Positions 42,162 through 54,531 of a stretch of 64,000 bases of DNA are shown one piece after another. The stretch comes from Eledone cirrhosa (taxonomy: Eukaryota): assembly GCA_964016885.1 (NCBI GenBank), contig OZ024740.1:329034001-329098000 (forward strand). The letters are read 5' to 3'. Every line of letters begins with the position of its first letter. Within the stretch, counting starts at the first letter, position 1. The notes below the pieces were generated by a model, which had not been told where the DNA came from, ran no database searches, and saw only the letters and a program-made list of their open reading frames with translations. Position numbers and translations under genes: made by a program.

Positions 42162-42228
<67 letters not shown>

Positions 42229-42872
42229 GTGTGCGTTTGCATGTGTGTGTATAAATATGCATAAACATATGCACATATACATACGTAATCAGGAATCTAC
42301 ACACAAATACGGACAGACGCACATAAGCAAAAATACACTCACAAACACATCTTATTAAGTATATGTATACTTACATACATAAAGTGACTTTCCAATCATG
42401 TGAGAAGACGTCGAACACTAACTTAAAAAGGATCCTTTTTTGTACTGTCGGCTCTATAAGCTCCTAAATATCTTTCGGTAAATCTTTTAAATAAAGCTGC
42501 AAGTACGTATATCAGTATGAACAAGTGTATTCGGATGTATAATATGTTAACTTTCATCTACAAATAGATGTATAGACTTTCCCACACGAATGTATGTATC
42601 GAAAATCGTTGTGGCGAATTTGATGTCTGGCATTATGCATTCGTTCGTTACTAATCAGGCCAGATGGGACTACAAACGCCAAAGAACTATTTTACTCCAT
42701 CAACTTCACAAAGTACATTTGTAAGGAGGTTCCCTCGGCACATAGTGTCAGTTTTATTCCTTCTTTATCTCTACCACTTCCCCTCCCCTTTCTAGGTATA
42801 TATATATACATATATTTTATATATGTATGCGCGCACACACTCACTCTCTCACACACACACACTTACATACAT

Positions 42873-42928
<56 letters not shown>

Positions 42929-43029
42929 GTTGTTGTTGTTTCAGCTCACACCTATGCAGGTTTAGCTGGCCTCCTCCAATGTATATTTCGCTGAAGGTGT
43001 CATGGGTGATTTAATGATAGGGACCCCAG

Positions 43030-43317
<288 letters not shown>

Positions 43318-43386
43318 GGGTAAACATTGATGCAATTCAATTCAACCATTCAACGTACTTTTTCCACATAGGAGTGACAGAGTAAT

Positions 43387-43527
43387 TATCGAATAAGGAA
43401 AAGCGAAGTAGTTTCAGATATTCAAGTCTTTTTAATAATAATGCTGTGATATATTGAAATATATATCACAGCATTATTATTAAAAAGACTTGAACATCTG
43501 AAACTACTTCGCTTTTCCTTATTCGAT
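43387..43527. repeat. Near-perfect ~140-bp palindrome
   Basis: TATCGAATAAGGAAAAGCGAAGTAGTTTCAGA...GTGATATAT / ATATATCAC...TCTGAAACTACTTCGCTTTTCCTTATTCGATA. Confidence 0.92.
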
Positions 43528-44169
43528 ATATATATATATATATATATTGGAAAATGTGTGTAATCCTTGGTACAGTTAGGTATATTATGACAGGGGGGGT
43601 AGAACAAAATAAATGGCTTCACTTGTGTTTTCAACAAATTTATTTTGTTCACAAAATCCAAAAATAATTTTTTTCCGGATTAGAAAAAAATTTTCTTAAA
43701 AATTTTTTTTTATAAATTAAGTTGTTGGTTGTTGGTTAGGTCTTAGGAGTTCTTGGTTAACGTAGGAGGTATTGTTTCGTTTTTAGAAAGACTTTTCACG
43801 CTGAGGTGCGCTTGTCAAACTGATGTGTATGTGGTGTGTTGTTCTATATATAAGGATTTAACATGTCTGTGGTGTGGTGGGTTTTTTTTTCTCCCCCTTT
43901 AATAAGTGTAGTGGTGTAGGTGTGTTGAAAAAATGTTAATAGCAGTAATGAGTTGAGACAGTGAGTAGGGTTGGGTGGGGAGAAATGTAGCAAGTGCGGC
44001 CTGCCTCGGTCATTCTCGAAAAATTCCTTTATTCAGGGGAAAAAGCTTTTAGTATTACTTTGTGTCGAGAATGGTCATAGGCAAACCGCACCTGCCAAGC
44101 TTGTAAACAATTATTTTTTTCTGAAGAATTTTTCTACGCCCATCCCAAAATTAGTCCTTTGTTCAACAC

Positions 44170-44451
44170 ACACATATGTGCGTATATACGTACATACACA
44201 CTCGGGCATATGTAGGAATATATAGGCACACACCATCAATCACACACCCATGTACATATACATCCACATACATACATAAAAACATATAAAGACACATATA
44301 AAACACATATACACATTCGTACACACACGAATATGTACTCATACCTCCACATGGGTATATATATATATACATACATACATATACATATACACACATAAAG
44401 ATACATAACTAAATATACATATATACACATACACGCACACATACACACACA

Positions 44452-44508
<57 letters not shown>

Positions 44509-44590
44509 GTCCGTATATATACATCTGTTCACACATACATGCATACACACACACACATACACATATATATATATATATATATAGAGGCAT

Positions 44591-44671
<81 letters not shown>

Positions 44672-44846
44672 AACACATACAGACACATACACACATATAC
44701 ATACATATACACATATATATCTATATCTATATATATATACACATATATATATTTATATATATATATATATATACATACATACACATACCCATACACATAC
44801 AAATACATACATACACACATACATATATACACATACATATACATAC

Positions 44847-44891
<45 letters not shown>

Positions 44892-45133
44892 CATACACAC
44901 ACATACATACACATATATATATATATGTGTACACACAAGCACATAAAGACACATATATACATATATATATATATATATATACATACATATACATACATCT
45001 ACATACATACATACATATACACATATAGAAACATACATATATGTACACACATACATACATATATGCACATACATACACACACACACATATATAGATACAT
45101 ACATATACATACACACACATATAAACATATATC

Positions 45134-45165
<32 letters not shown>

Positions 45166-45220
45166 CAAATATACACATAGATACATATACATATACATAT
45201 ATATATACACACATACACAC

Positions 45221-45251
<31 letters not shown>

Positions 45252-45362
45252 TACAAACATACATACATCCATACATATATATACACACACATACACACAC
45301 CCACATACATATATACCCACACGTACATACATCCATACATACCTACACACATATGTGTGTGT
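44170..45362. repeat. Degenerate mixed (TA)/(CA) low-complexity tract inside the PLE 3' UTR
   Basis: Direct reading; source of the many CVY/HTI pseudo-ORFs. Confidence 0.95.
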
Positions 45363-45442
45363 CTCACCGTTCACTCAGATATTCATGTGTACACATAAGA
45401 AGAGGGGGGTAGTGAAATGGAATTTTACCTCCGAGTGTTAAT

Positions 45443-47763
45443 TCATTTTTTCGTGTTCAGTAGTGGTTTAAATTTTTCAATGAAGAATTCTTCTTTATAT
45501 CTGCGGAAATGTTCGTTATCCGACCATATCTTGAAGAAAGGGAAGATTGTGAATTTTCCCTCCCGCATGATGCAAAGTGTGCGCTACATGTGGTATTTCT
45601 GACTGTGGGGTCTTTAATTTGTTGTTTATGTACCCGGACTCTATCATGTAGTCCCGTTCCGGTTTCCCCAATGTAATACTCTTTACACTGTGGACATGTT
45701 GCGCAATATATTAGGTTTTTTGTTTTGCAGTTCATGTTTGCATTGACCTTGAAAATATCATGGTTTTTGAAGGACAACTGTTTGCCCTCTTCGATGAGTT
45801 CACAGGTTCCACATCTAGGATCCCCGCATTTCGTCACTTGCATTGATTCCATGTTGGTCGTAAATTTTGCCTTGGTAATTAGTTGTTTAAGGTTGGGTGC
45901 TTGGCGTCTGCTATAAATTATCTGTGTGTTTTTTAAGAGTGCATTCATTTTGGTAGATTGCTGTAGAATCGGGAGATACTGCTTAGCAGTTTTCACAATG
46001 TTGATGTTCCCTGGGTTGTGAGTGATGACAAAAGAGAGAGCAGGGTTTTCTTTTTTATGTTGTGGGTTTGGTTTTCTCAGTGTTGTTATTGGGATGTTCT
46101 TAGCCTTGGAGATGGCTTCGTTGATGAGTTTCATCGGGTATTCTTGTTTTTAAAGGAATTTTTTCAGGTCACATAATCTTTTTTCTTGTAGTACGGGGTG
46201 TGTTGCTATAGTGCAGATGCGCCTTGCCATGTTGAAGGGAATGTTCCTTTTCGTATGTGAGGGGTGTGCTGACGGGAAATTTAAGTATTGGTGTGTGTCA
46301 GTGGGTTTGCAAAATAGGTCCGTTATGATATTTTCCCCTTCTTTAATGATGAGGATATCTAGAAAGGGCAGTTGCTTTTCGTTACATTCCATAGTGAATT
46401 GTATAGCTTCATGAAGCCTGTTTAAGATCGAATAAAATGTTTGTAGGTCTGTTTGGCTTCTGTTCCAGAAGATGAAGCAGTCATCTAGGTAACGTTTCCA
46501 GTTTTTATTAAAGTAGAAGGCGAAGTCGTGACTGAATGTTATCGGTAGTTGGGAATATAATTTTGCCTCTAAGTGACCCATAACGAGCGTTGCATATGTA
46601 GGGGCCACTTTGGTACCCATGGCTGTTCCTTTTATTTGTAGATAAAGTTCGTTGTCAAAGAGGAAGTGGTTGTTTTCCAATACTAATTTAAGTCCTTCCA
46701 AGATGAATTCTTTGGGGAATCTTTCTGAAATGTGACTTGAGTGTTTTGTAATCCAGAAGTCCACAGCTTCAATCCCTAGGTCGTGTGGCATGTTAGTGTA
46801 CAGGCTTATTACATCAAAACTGACTAGGATTGTATCCTGGTGTACTTTTTGGGGGATATAGTTAAGGAATTCCATATCATCTCTGATGTAGCTTGGAACT
46901 TTTTTACATAGGGGTTTGAGTATGATGTCTAATAGGTTGCTTAGACGTTGTGTGCTTGAGGCTGGGCCAGCAATAATGGGGCGTAATTTTAAGTCTGTCG
47001 GTTTTGGAGCTTCGATGTATGATGTATTTTTCCCTTTTATGTTGTTTTGGATTTCTATGGATTTGTGAATTTTTGGTAATCCATAGAAATTGCTGGTTTT
47101 CATTTCGAAGTTGGTTAGGTAATCTACTTCTTTTGGTGTTAGGTTGTGTTGGTACTTTGTTGTTAGTTTGCCTATTTGGTTCCTCGATTTCCTTTCTTCG
47201 TTTTTAGTGATTTTCCTGTAGAAGTTTTCGTCATTCAAGTGTGCTAGAACCATATCTTTGTAGTGGTTTATGTCCATGATGACGATTGCTCCACCTTTGT
47301 CCGCTTCTTTTATTATTATTGAGGAATCCCTTTGTAGCTTGTTCAATGCTAGTAGTTGGTCTGTAGGGATGTTGCGTTTGTGTTTCGTCTCGGCCGTATT
47401 TGTACGTGCCGATCGGCGAAGGCAGGTTATGTACTCCTCCATGTATTTATCTCTATTTAGCGGGGGTGTGAAGATGTTTTTGTTTTTCACCAGTGATTCT
47501 TCCTCGTATTGTACACCCTGGAAGAATTCTCCTAAGCGTAATTTTCGACAGTATTCTTCTGTGTCTTTTATAACATCGGCTGTATCTGTTTCGGAGTGGG
47601 AGTGAACTTCAGTCCATTTTCTAACAGTTGTATTTCTGGTTGTGTTAATTTCTTGGCTGTATATTGATTATTTTTGGTTCGATTGGTTCTTTCTCGTCAG
47701 GTGCCACTTGAAAGGTGGTGCTTTTTTCTTTTTATCTTTCATTTGGTGCGAGGCCCCTAGTCC
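45443..47763 (-). pseudogene. Neptune-type PLE RT-GIY-YIG ORF, frameshifted
   Basis: PKIINI..LT..EI.LLENGLKFTPTP..RKLRL.EFF..FTPP..IIIKEADKGG..FYGLPKIHK..SFDVISLYTN..GTAMGT..RYLDD..LPFLD..KPTD..AHP, linker CGDPRCGTC, NLIYCATCPQCKEYYIGET, ending ..FKPLLN. Several small indels (~47660, ~47590, ~46145, ~45560). Confidence 0.92.
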
Positions 47764-48881
47764 TAAAAAATGGGTGCCATTTGGGATAGGGTGTTTCTGT
47801 TGTGGTGAAACCTTTGGCCCGCCGGAACTTCATGCCGGTAACTGGTTGAGCGATAGACTCTTTCGTGGTCGTTGCTGTATGGGGGTCTGGTTCTTCTGTT
47901 GTTTCGTTCAGTATTCATGTGTCTTTGATTTTGTCTCCGGTAATTGTTCTTGGTGTTATGGCAGTGGTTGTATCTGGTTCTGGTGTTGAGTATTGGGTCT
48001 GTATGTAGTTGTGTGTTTGGGGTTACACAATATCTGATTGTTGTTGGTTTATTGTGTGTGGGTGCTTTATTTCTTGTGTTGTTGTATTTTCCTGAGTTCT
48101 GGGGTTTCCTATGGGTTTGTTTTCTGGGTTTTATTTGATCTTTCCCATAGTTATCCTCATATTCTTGAAGCCATTGAGTTCTTGACTCCAAGATTTTCTT
48201 TGATTTTAACTCCTCTCTAGTTGTATCTGTCTGCCATAGGTTAAGGAGTTTTTCACGTACATTGCCGCTGCTTCTTTTGTTTATATCCTCTTGGATGGTG
48301 GAGTCGCATTTTTCAAATTTCTCTTTGAATTTTGGCACTCTTAGGCAGAGTGGGATGATTTCGGTCTCAAGTGTTTGGAGTGCTAGATTTAGTCTTGTTG
48401 CAGTTTCTTCCTTTGATTCCGATGGTATTTCTTTAATTCGGAATTTTCTCGGGAGGATAACTGGTTCCTTGCTACGCCATATTTCGTATGTGTCTGCTAG
48501 GTTTTCACTCCTCAAGGCTTTCCAGTATGCCTGTTTTTTTTTATTTAATAATTGGTTCCAAATGTTTTTCATTTGGTTTCTTTTTCTGTAGGCTTCTTTT
48601 TCTAGATTCAGTTCATTCCATTCTTTGAATGCATTATTGGTGATGGAGTTCTGTTCATGTGTAGCTATTTCAGGGGAAAAGGTTGGTTCTTGTTTTTGTC
48701 GGTCTGTAATTAGTGAATAAAGTTTTTCCCTATAGCTGCGTGTCTGTTGTTCCATTTCTTGTACGGCATTCGTAAGGGAATCATATTTATCTATTATTAT
48801 GGTGAGTTTTTCTGATATTTCCTGTAGTAGTGTCTCCGATTTGAGGGATTCAGTAGAGGATTTTGAACGTGTGTTAGCCAT
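47763..48881 (-). CDS. PLE ORF1, 372 aa (MANTRSK...), helical/coiled-coil-like N-terminal region and basic N/R/H-rich C-terminal tail
   Basis: Uninterrupted ORF between the 5' pLTR and the RT ORF. Heptad-like LLQEISEKLTIIIDKYDSLTNAVQEMEQQ. The first ATG downstream of the pLTR is at 48881. Confidence 0.7.
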   Translation of the reverse strand: MANTRSKSSTESLKSETLLQEISEKLTIIIDKYDSLTNAVQEMEQQTRSYREKLYSLITDRQKQEPTFSPEIATHEQNSITNNAFKEWNELNLEKEAYRKRNQMKNIWNQLLNKKKQAYWKALRSENLADTYEIWRSKEPVILPRKFRIKEIPSESKEETATRLNLALQTLETEIIPLCLRVPKFKEKFEKCDSTIQEDINKRSSGNVREKLLNLWQTDTTREELKSKKILESRTQWLQEYEDNYGKDQIKPRKQTHRKPQNSGKYNNTRNKAPTHNKPTTIRYCVTPNTQLHTDPILNTRTRYNHCHNTKNNYRRQNQRHMNTERNNRRTRPPYSNDHERVYRSTSYRHEVPAGQRFHHNRNTLSQMAPIF

Positions 48882-49145
48882 TCTGTCTTGTACAAGGGGA
48901 TAGAATATTGGAAAATGTGTGTAATCCTTGGTACAGTTAGGTATATTAAGACAGGGGGGAAGAAAAAAATAAATGGCTTCACTTGTGCTTTCAACAAATC
49001 TATTTTCTTCACAAAATCCCAAAAGAATTTTTTTCCGGATTAGAAAAAATTTTTCTCAAAAGTTTTTTTAATAAATTAAGTTATTGGTTGTTGGTTAGGT
49101 CTTATATAAATATACATGAGTGTGTATGACTGTGCATAGAATATT

Positions 49146-49525
49146 ATATTAATAAAAGGAATTCCAACGCTGTCTGATTTACTCGTTTTATTTACAATCC
49201 TTTAAAATTATAATGATATTATAATTAAATAGTATGGTAGAATATTAAATGTTAAATATTTATCGCATTCTTCAGGTTCATATTCAGTGGTGACAGTCGA
49301 GTTTGCAATTTTCAACTGTCAATTTTCAACAGTTGAAAATTGCAAACTTGACTGTCACCACTGAATATGTACCTGAAGATTGCGAAAGCATAAAAGTACT
49401 TGTTCAATAAATATTTAACATTTAATATTCTATCATACAATTTCATTATAATATCATTATAATTTTAAAGGATTGTAAATAAAACGAGTAAATCAGACAA
49501 AGTTGGAATTCCTTTTATTAATATA
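49146..49525. mobile_element. ~380-bp fold-back element with HHR remnants in both arms
   Basis: Arms are reverse complements about ~49324. The right arm has CTGAAGA TTGC GAAA GCAT AAAA GTAC TT GTTCA. Confidence 0.88.
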
Positions 49526-49542
49526 TATATATATATATATAT

Positions 49543-49740
49543 TGGTAAACGGAATAGAAAATGCTGACAAATTGTTCACAGTTGAAAAATGGTTTAATTA
49601 GGAATAAAAGAGTATTAGTGATTGTATGGGTTAGTATTCAGTTGTGGTTTTAAGTTTTTAAGTTTTTACCGGTTGCGCATTTCTAAATGCTTTTCAAAAA
49701 TAATTTTGAGATAGAGTGTCCGTGCTGTTTGCTCTGATCT
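49543..49740 (-). mobile_element. Dispersed ~190-bp repeat (second copy 58055-58235) with HHR-like variant
   Basis: The two copies align along their length, and both adjoin microsatellite-rich sequence. Confidence 0.75.
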
Positions 49741-49764
49741 GATTAGTTTTGGGAATTCTACCTG

Positions 49765-50000
49765 TTTTTATGTTAAAAAAATGGCTCCAGCGTTATTTTT
49801 GTGTTGCAAAAATGCTTGTGGTCAAAACAATTTTGATTGGTCGGTAGAGGTCATGTGAATGAAAAAAGTTGATTTTGCGCCAAGACTGTTTTTATGTTAA
49901 AATGTTAGAAAAGTGGCTCCAGCAAAAATTATTGGTCAAAACAATTTTGATTGGTCGGTAGAGGTCATGTGGATAAAAAATTGGTTTTGCGCCAAGATTG
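49765..50000. repeat. Two-copy tandem repeat (~120 bp)
   Basis: GGTCAAAACAATTTTGATTGGTCGGTAGAGGTCATGTG..TTTTGCGCCAAGA appears twice. Confidence 0.85.
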
Positions 50001-50022
50001 AGAAATGACTCTTTCACAACAA

Positions 50023-50082
<60 letters not shown>

Positions 50083-50154
50083 TAGTAGTAGTAGTAAGGT
50101 GTTCGATGCTGCGACAATAGCCACCAGCGATGTGTGTCAAATGGCTATTAAGAT

Positions 50155-50188
<34 letters not shown>

Positions 50189-50725
50189 ACATACACACAG
50201 CAGAGTCATTCGAAGGTCAAAAGATATTTTTCAGCTTTTGTCTTATACGGAGAAGTGCGTGTGTGTGTGTGTGTATAAGTCTCTTTGTATGTTGATGTAC
50301 GCGTGTGTATGTGTTTGTGTATATATGTGTGCGTGTGTGTGTGTGCGTGTGTGGGTGGACCAGTATTTTTTTCCCCCCTGGTAAAATGGTGTACATTATT
50401 CGATTTTTTCAGTAAAATCGGTTCTCTTAATAGAACATCAACAATCTTAACAATAAAAGGTGTGAAATGATAATGTAGTACATGCATCGATTGGTGTTCT
50501 GTCTTTCTTTCCTTGGAAGAAATCGTCTATGATCAAACCAGGAGAGAGAGGAACTGCGCAAAGTTTGAAATCAACCAAAACAGGTTATGCGTCAGGACGG
50601 TTGTTATACGTCAGGACTTCATAAGTAATTAAGGTTCCTTTGCATATGCCATTTACAAACCCGCATATATATATATATAACTGCATAAGGTTTTGTATTT
50701 ACATAACCATAAATAGTATAACTAA

Positions 50726-50818
<93 letters not shown>

Positions 50819-50820
50819 GT

Positions 50821-51060
50821 AAAGAAATCGAAAATGCAACTGGAGTCTTTTTAAGAATATTTATTTGTCTCCTATAGCGGTTTCTCAGTTCTTATGATTT
50901 TCAAAAGTAGGATTGAGATGGAAGGTTTGTGGTTTTTGATGTGAGAAAAACCACAAACCCTCTATCTCAATTCTACTTTTGAAAATCATAAGTACTGTGA
51001 AACCGGTAAAGGAAACATAAATATTCTTAAAAAGACTCCAGTTGCATTTTCGATTTCTTT
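50821..51060. repeat. 240-bp fold-back element with HHR 3' half
   Basis: AAAGAAATCGAAAATGCAACTGGAGTC.../...GACTCCAGTTGCATTTTCGATTTCTTT, with GAAA-CCGG-TA at 50999-51008. Flanked by (TA)n. Confidence 0.88.
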
Positions 51061-51129
51061 TCCTAATAAATGTATGTATATATAATTATATACATATACC
51101 CTTATATATATATATATATATGTATAAAC

Positions 51130-52091
<962 letters not shown>

Positions 52092-53324
52092 CACATTTAG
52101 AGGTATATTAACAACATATATAGAGAAAGAACGGAATCATATATCTTATAACACATAGAGGTTTTCCATTGAGAAGCACGGATATCATACATACCTTAAA
52201 TTTGTATATATATATATATTTATTAACTAATATCTATCCTACGACGCAATTTCTTACAGTGCTCACACTCACACATGAACAAAAACAAACACAGTGTTAC
52301 ATATTTGCTTTAGATAGCACTATCTTATGGAAACACTAAATTATAAATTGTAGACAATGAAAATGTTTGACATATTTGATTTGAAGGTGTGGAAACATTA
52401 CTTTACAAGATATGCATGTGATATAATGAGATTACGGATGGTCTTTTCAAGATGTTTAACTCACTCCTGGCAATTGTGTCAATCTAAGTAATATTGCTAG
52501 CGAGAAGTGCCATTTAGTCAATTCAGGCTTTGAAGAATGACGAATTGATTTTATCAAGTTAAGTGCTATACCTTGAAGGTTAAATCTTAGCTTTCGTACA
52601 TCAGTACCAGCCCGATGAAAATATGCTTTCAACACTGGTTTCAGCACGGTAGTTTCGGATGTATGATGCCTTCGAACTGATATACAGAATAGCAGAAATG
52701 CTGCAAAATGTCACTAAATGCTACATGCTATCTAATTTAAAATTTCTGCGTTATCATATAGGAATCAACTTCGTTGTTCATTACAATAGCTTGAATAAAG
52801 TCAATACCAGCAATATAAGAAATCCATTCCTTCGACTATTTCCCATTTCCGTGATAGAGAAATAAAAAAAAAATGAAAATGAAATAAAACATATGTGATG
52901 GGCACTGTAGAATAAGAGAGAAATAACTAAGTGCTTGGTAATATAAATCTTTTACATTATTGTGTTGTTTTAATTTATGGGTTAGTCACAGGAGGCTAGA
53001 TAGTTGTTTTTAACAAGGAGGCGAATTATGTCTCCTACTCATAAAGTGGAACTTTTCTTTCGATGCGTTTTTACAGAGCTTCCGCCTACAAACTCATATA
53101 TACATGTCTTGCGTCCATTTTAGATAATGGAAGAAGGCCGATTTTCACTATAATGCAGGGTTCGATCGAAATTGCGAAAATCTAATTTTTGTAACAACAC
53201 GTTTCTCTTGGCACACGTTATATATATTCCTGAATGAAATTATAATTATATATTTAAGTTCTCTGCGTTATGAGCTCATATCTGATAGGAATCGACTTCC
53301 TTGTTCATTAAAATAGGTTCAATA

Positions 53325-53541
53325 GGGCGGTGGGTTGGTAGAATCGGTAGAGTTTCGGGAAACATGCGTTGTGACATAGAGTTACGGCCCTTCGCGTTAT
53401 GTGTTCAAATCCTACCAAGGTTAGCTTTGCCTTCTATCACTACTGTATCGATAAATAAAGCACCTGTCATTCACTAGTGTCGATTTAATCCACTTTCCCT
53501 TCCCCCAAAGATCGCTGGCCTTATGCCTAAAGTAGAAAGAA
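53325..53541 (+). mobile_element. Diverged Nin/Deu-domain SINE copy
   Basis: GGCGGTGGGTTGGTAGAATCGGTAG...GTTCAAATCC...TCGATAAATAAAG...GCTGGCCTTATGCCTAAAGTAGAAA. Confidence 0.75.
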
Positions 53542-53721
53542 GCTATTGATTTTGTAGCGACCTTAAACCATCAAACGACCTTAAACCAGCAAACTATTCA
53601 CTTAGATGATGTGATGCTGCGCATAGGGAAGCCTAGTTCTCACAACATAACATAAAACCGAATTAATAATCAAGACAATTCCAAGCTATTAAATAAATAA
53701 GTGTAACGAATAAAAGATGAA

Positions 53722-54435
53722 GGTCACAGTGAAGGTGAAAGCATATATGAATGAAAAATGGCGAGCTGTGTTGTTACAAATAGGATATATATATAATAAA
53801 TGAAGAATTAGAAATAGAAGCCTGGAATATCCGTCATCAGTGGTCTACTAGCCATCATAGGCATTTCTTCGCATTACATACCATATACCTTAAGCTAGGG
53901 TGATACAATAACTAAATTAAGTTATTAGGATAAGAAGAGTTGAGTGGAGAAAGAGAGACAGTTAAACAAACACGAATAGTGAGGCAACGTAAAGAGAGGA
54001 ACAAATGAGAAAATCAAGTCAATAATTCATTTTGAACATAAGAACTTGCGAATATTGACGAGAAGGCAAAGGCACATCTTGGCCGTGCGGATGTGAGCGA
54101 GGAAAGAATCTCGGACGATGGAGGAAGTGAGAGTGAGGGTGATTAGCAGAGAGTGAGTGAGTCAAAGAGGCTGCTGAGAGAGGGTTACTAGCAGATGGGG
54201 TGAGTGAAAGTAAGAAGGAGAGGGAGAGAGAAGGAGGGGGGGGGGGAGAGGATAGCAGTAAAGGAAGATAAAAAGACAAGTCACAGCGAAGGGGAAAGCA
54301 TATATGAATGAAAAATGGCGAGCTGTGTTGTTGCATATAGGATATATATAATAAATGAAGAATTAGAAATAGAAGCCAGGAATATCCGTCATCAGTGGTC
54401 TACTAGCCATCATAGGCATTTCTTCGCATTACATA
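53722..54435. repeat. ~155-bp direct repeats (53722-53880, 54280-54435) enclosing a purine-rich spacer
   Basis: GTCACAG..GAAAGCATATATGAATGAAAAATGGCGAGCTG...CCGTCATCAGTGGTC...CGCATTACATA appears twice. Confidence 0.88.
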
Positions 54436-54446
54436 TATAGATGGAT

Positions 54447-54531
<85 letters not shown>

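Larger units (their letters stand above)
43544..49105 (-). mobile_element. Neptune-like PLE with ~200-bp terminal direct repeats (pLTRs) and two ORFs
   Basis: 43544-43745 is a close direct repeat of 48905-49105. It encloses ORF1, the RT-EN ORF and a microsatellite-rich 3' region, and has TA-rich flanks. Confidence 0.9.

Noticed and set aside
43612-43662. HHR-like GTGAACA/GTGAAGA...GAAA in the Neptune-like pLTR (also 48972-49022)
   Set aside because: A G3-C8 swap is present in only one copy, stem II register is off and there is no UH cleavage triplet, so it cannot be supported.
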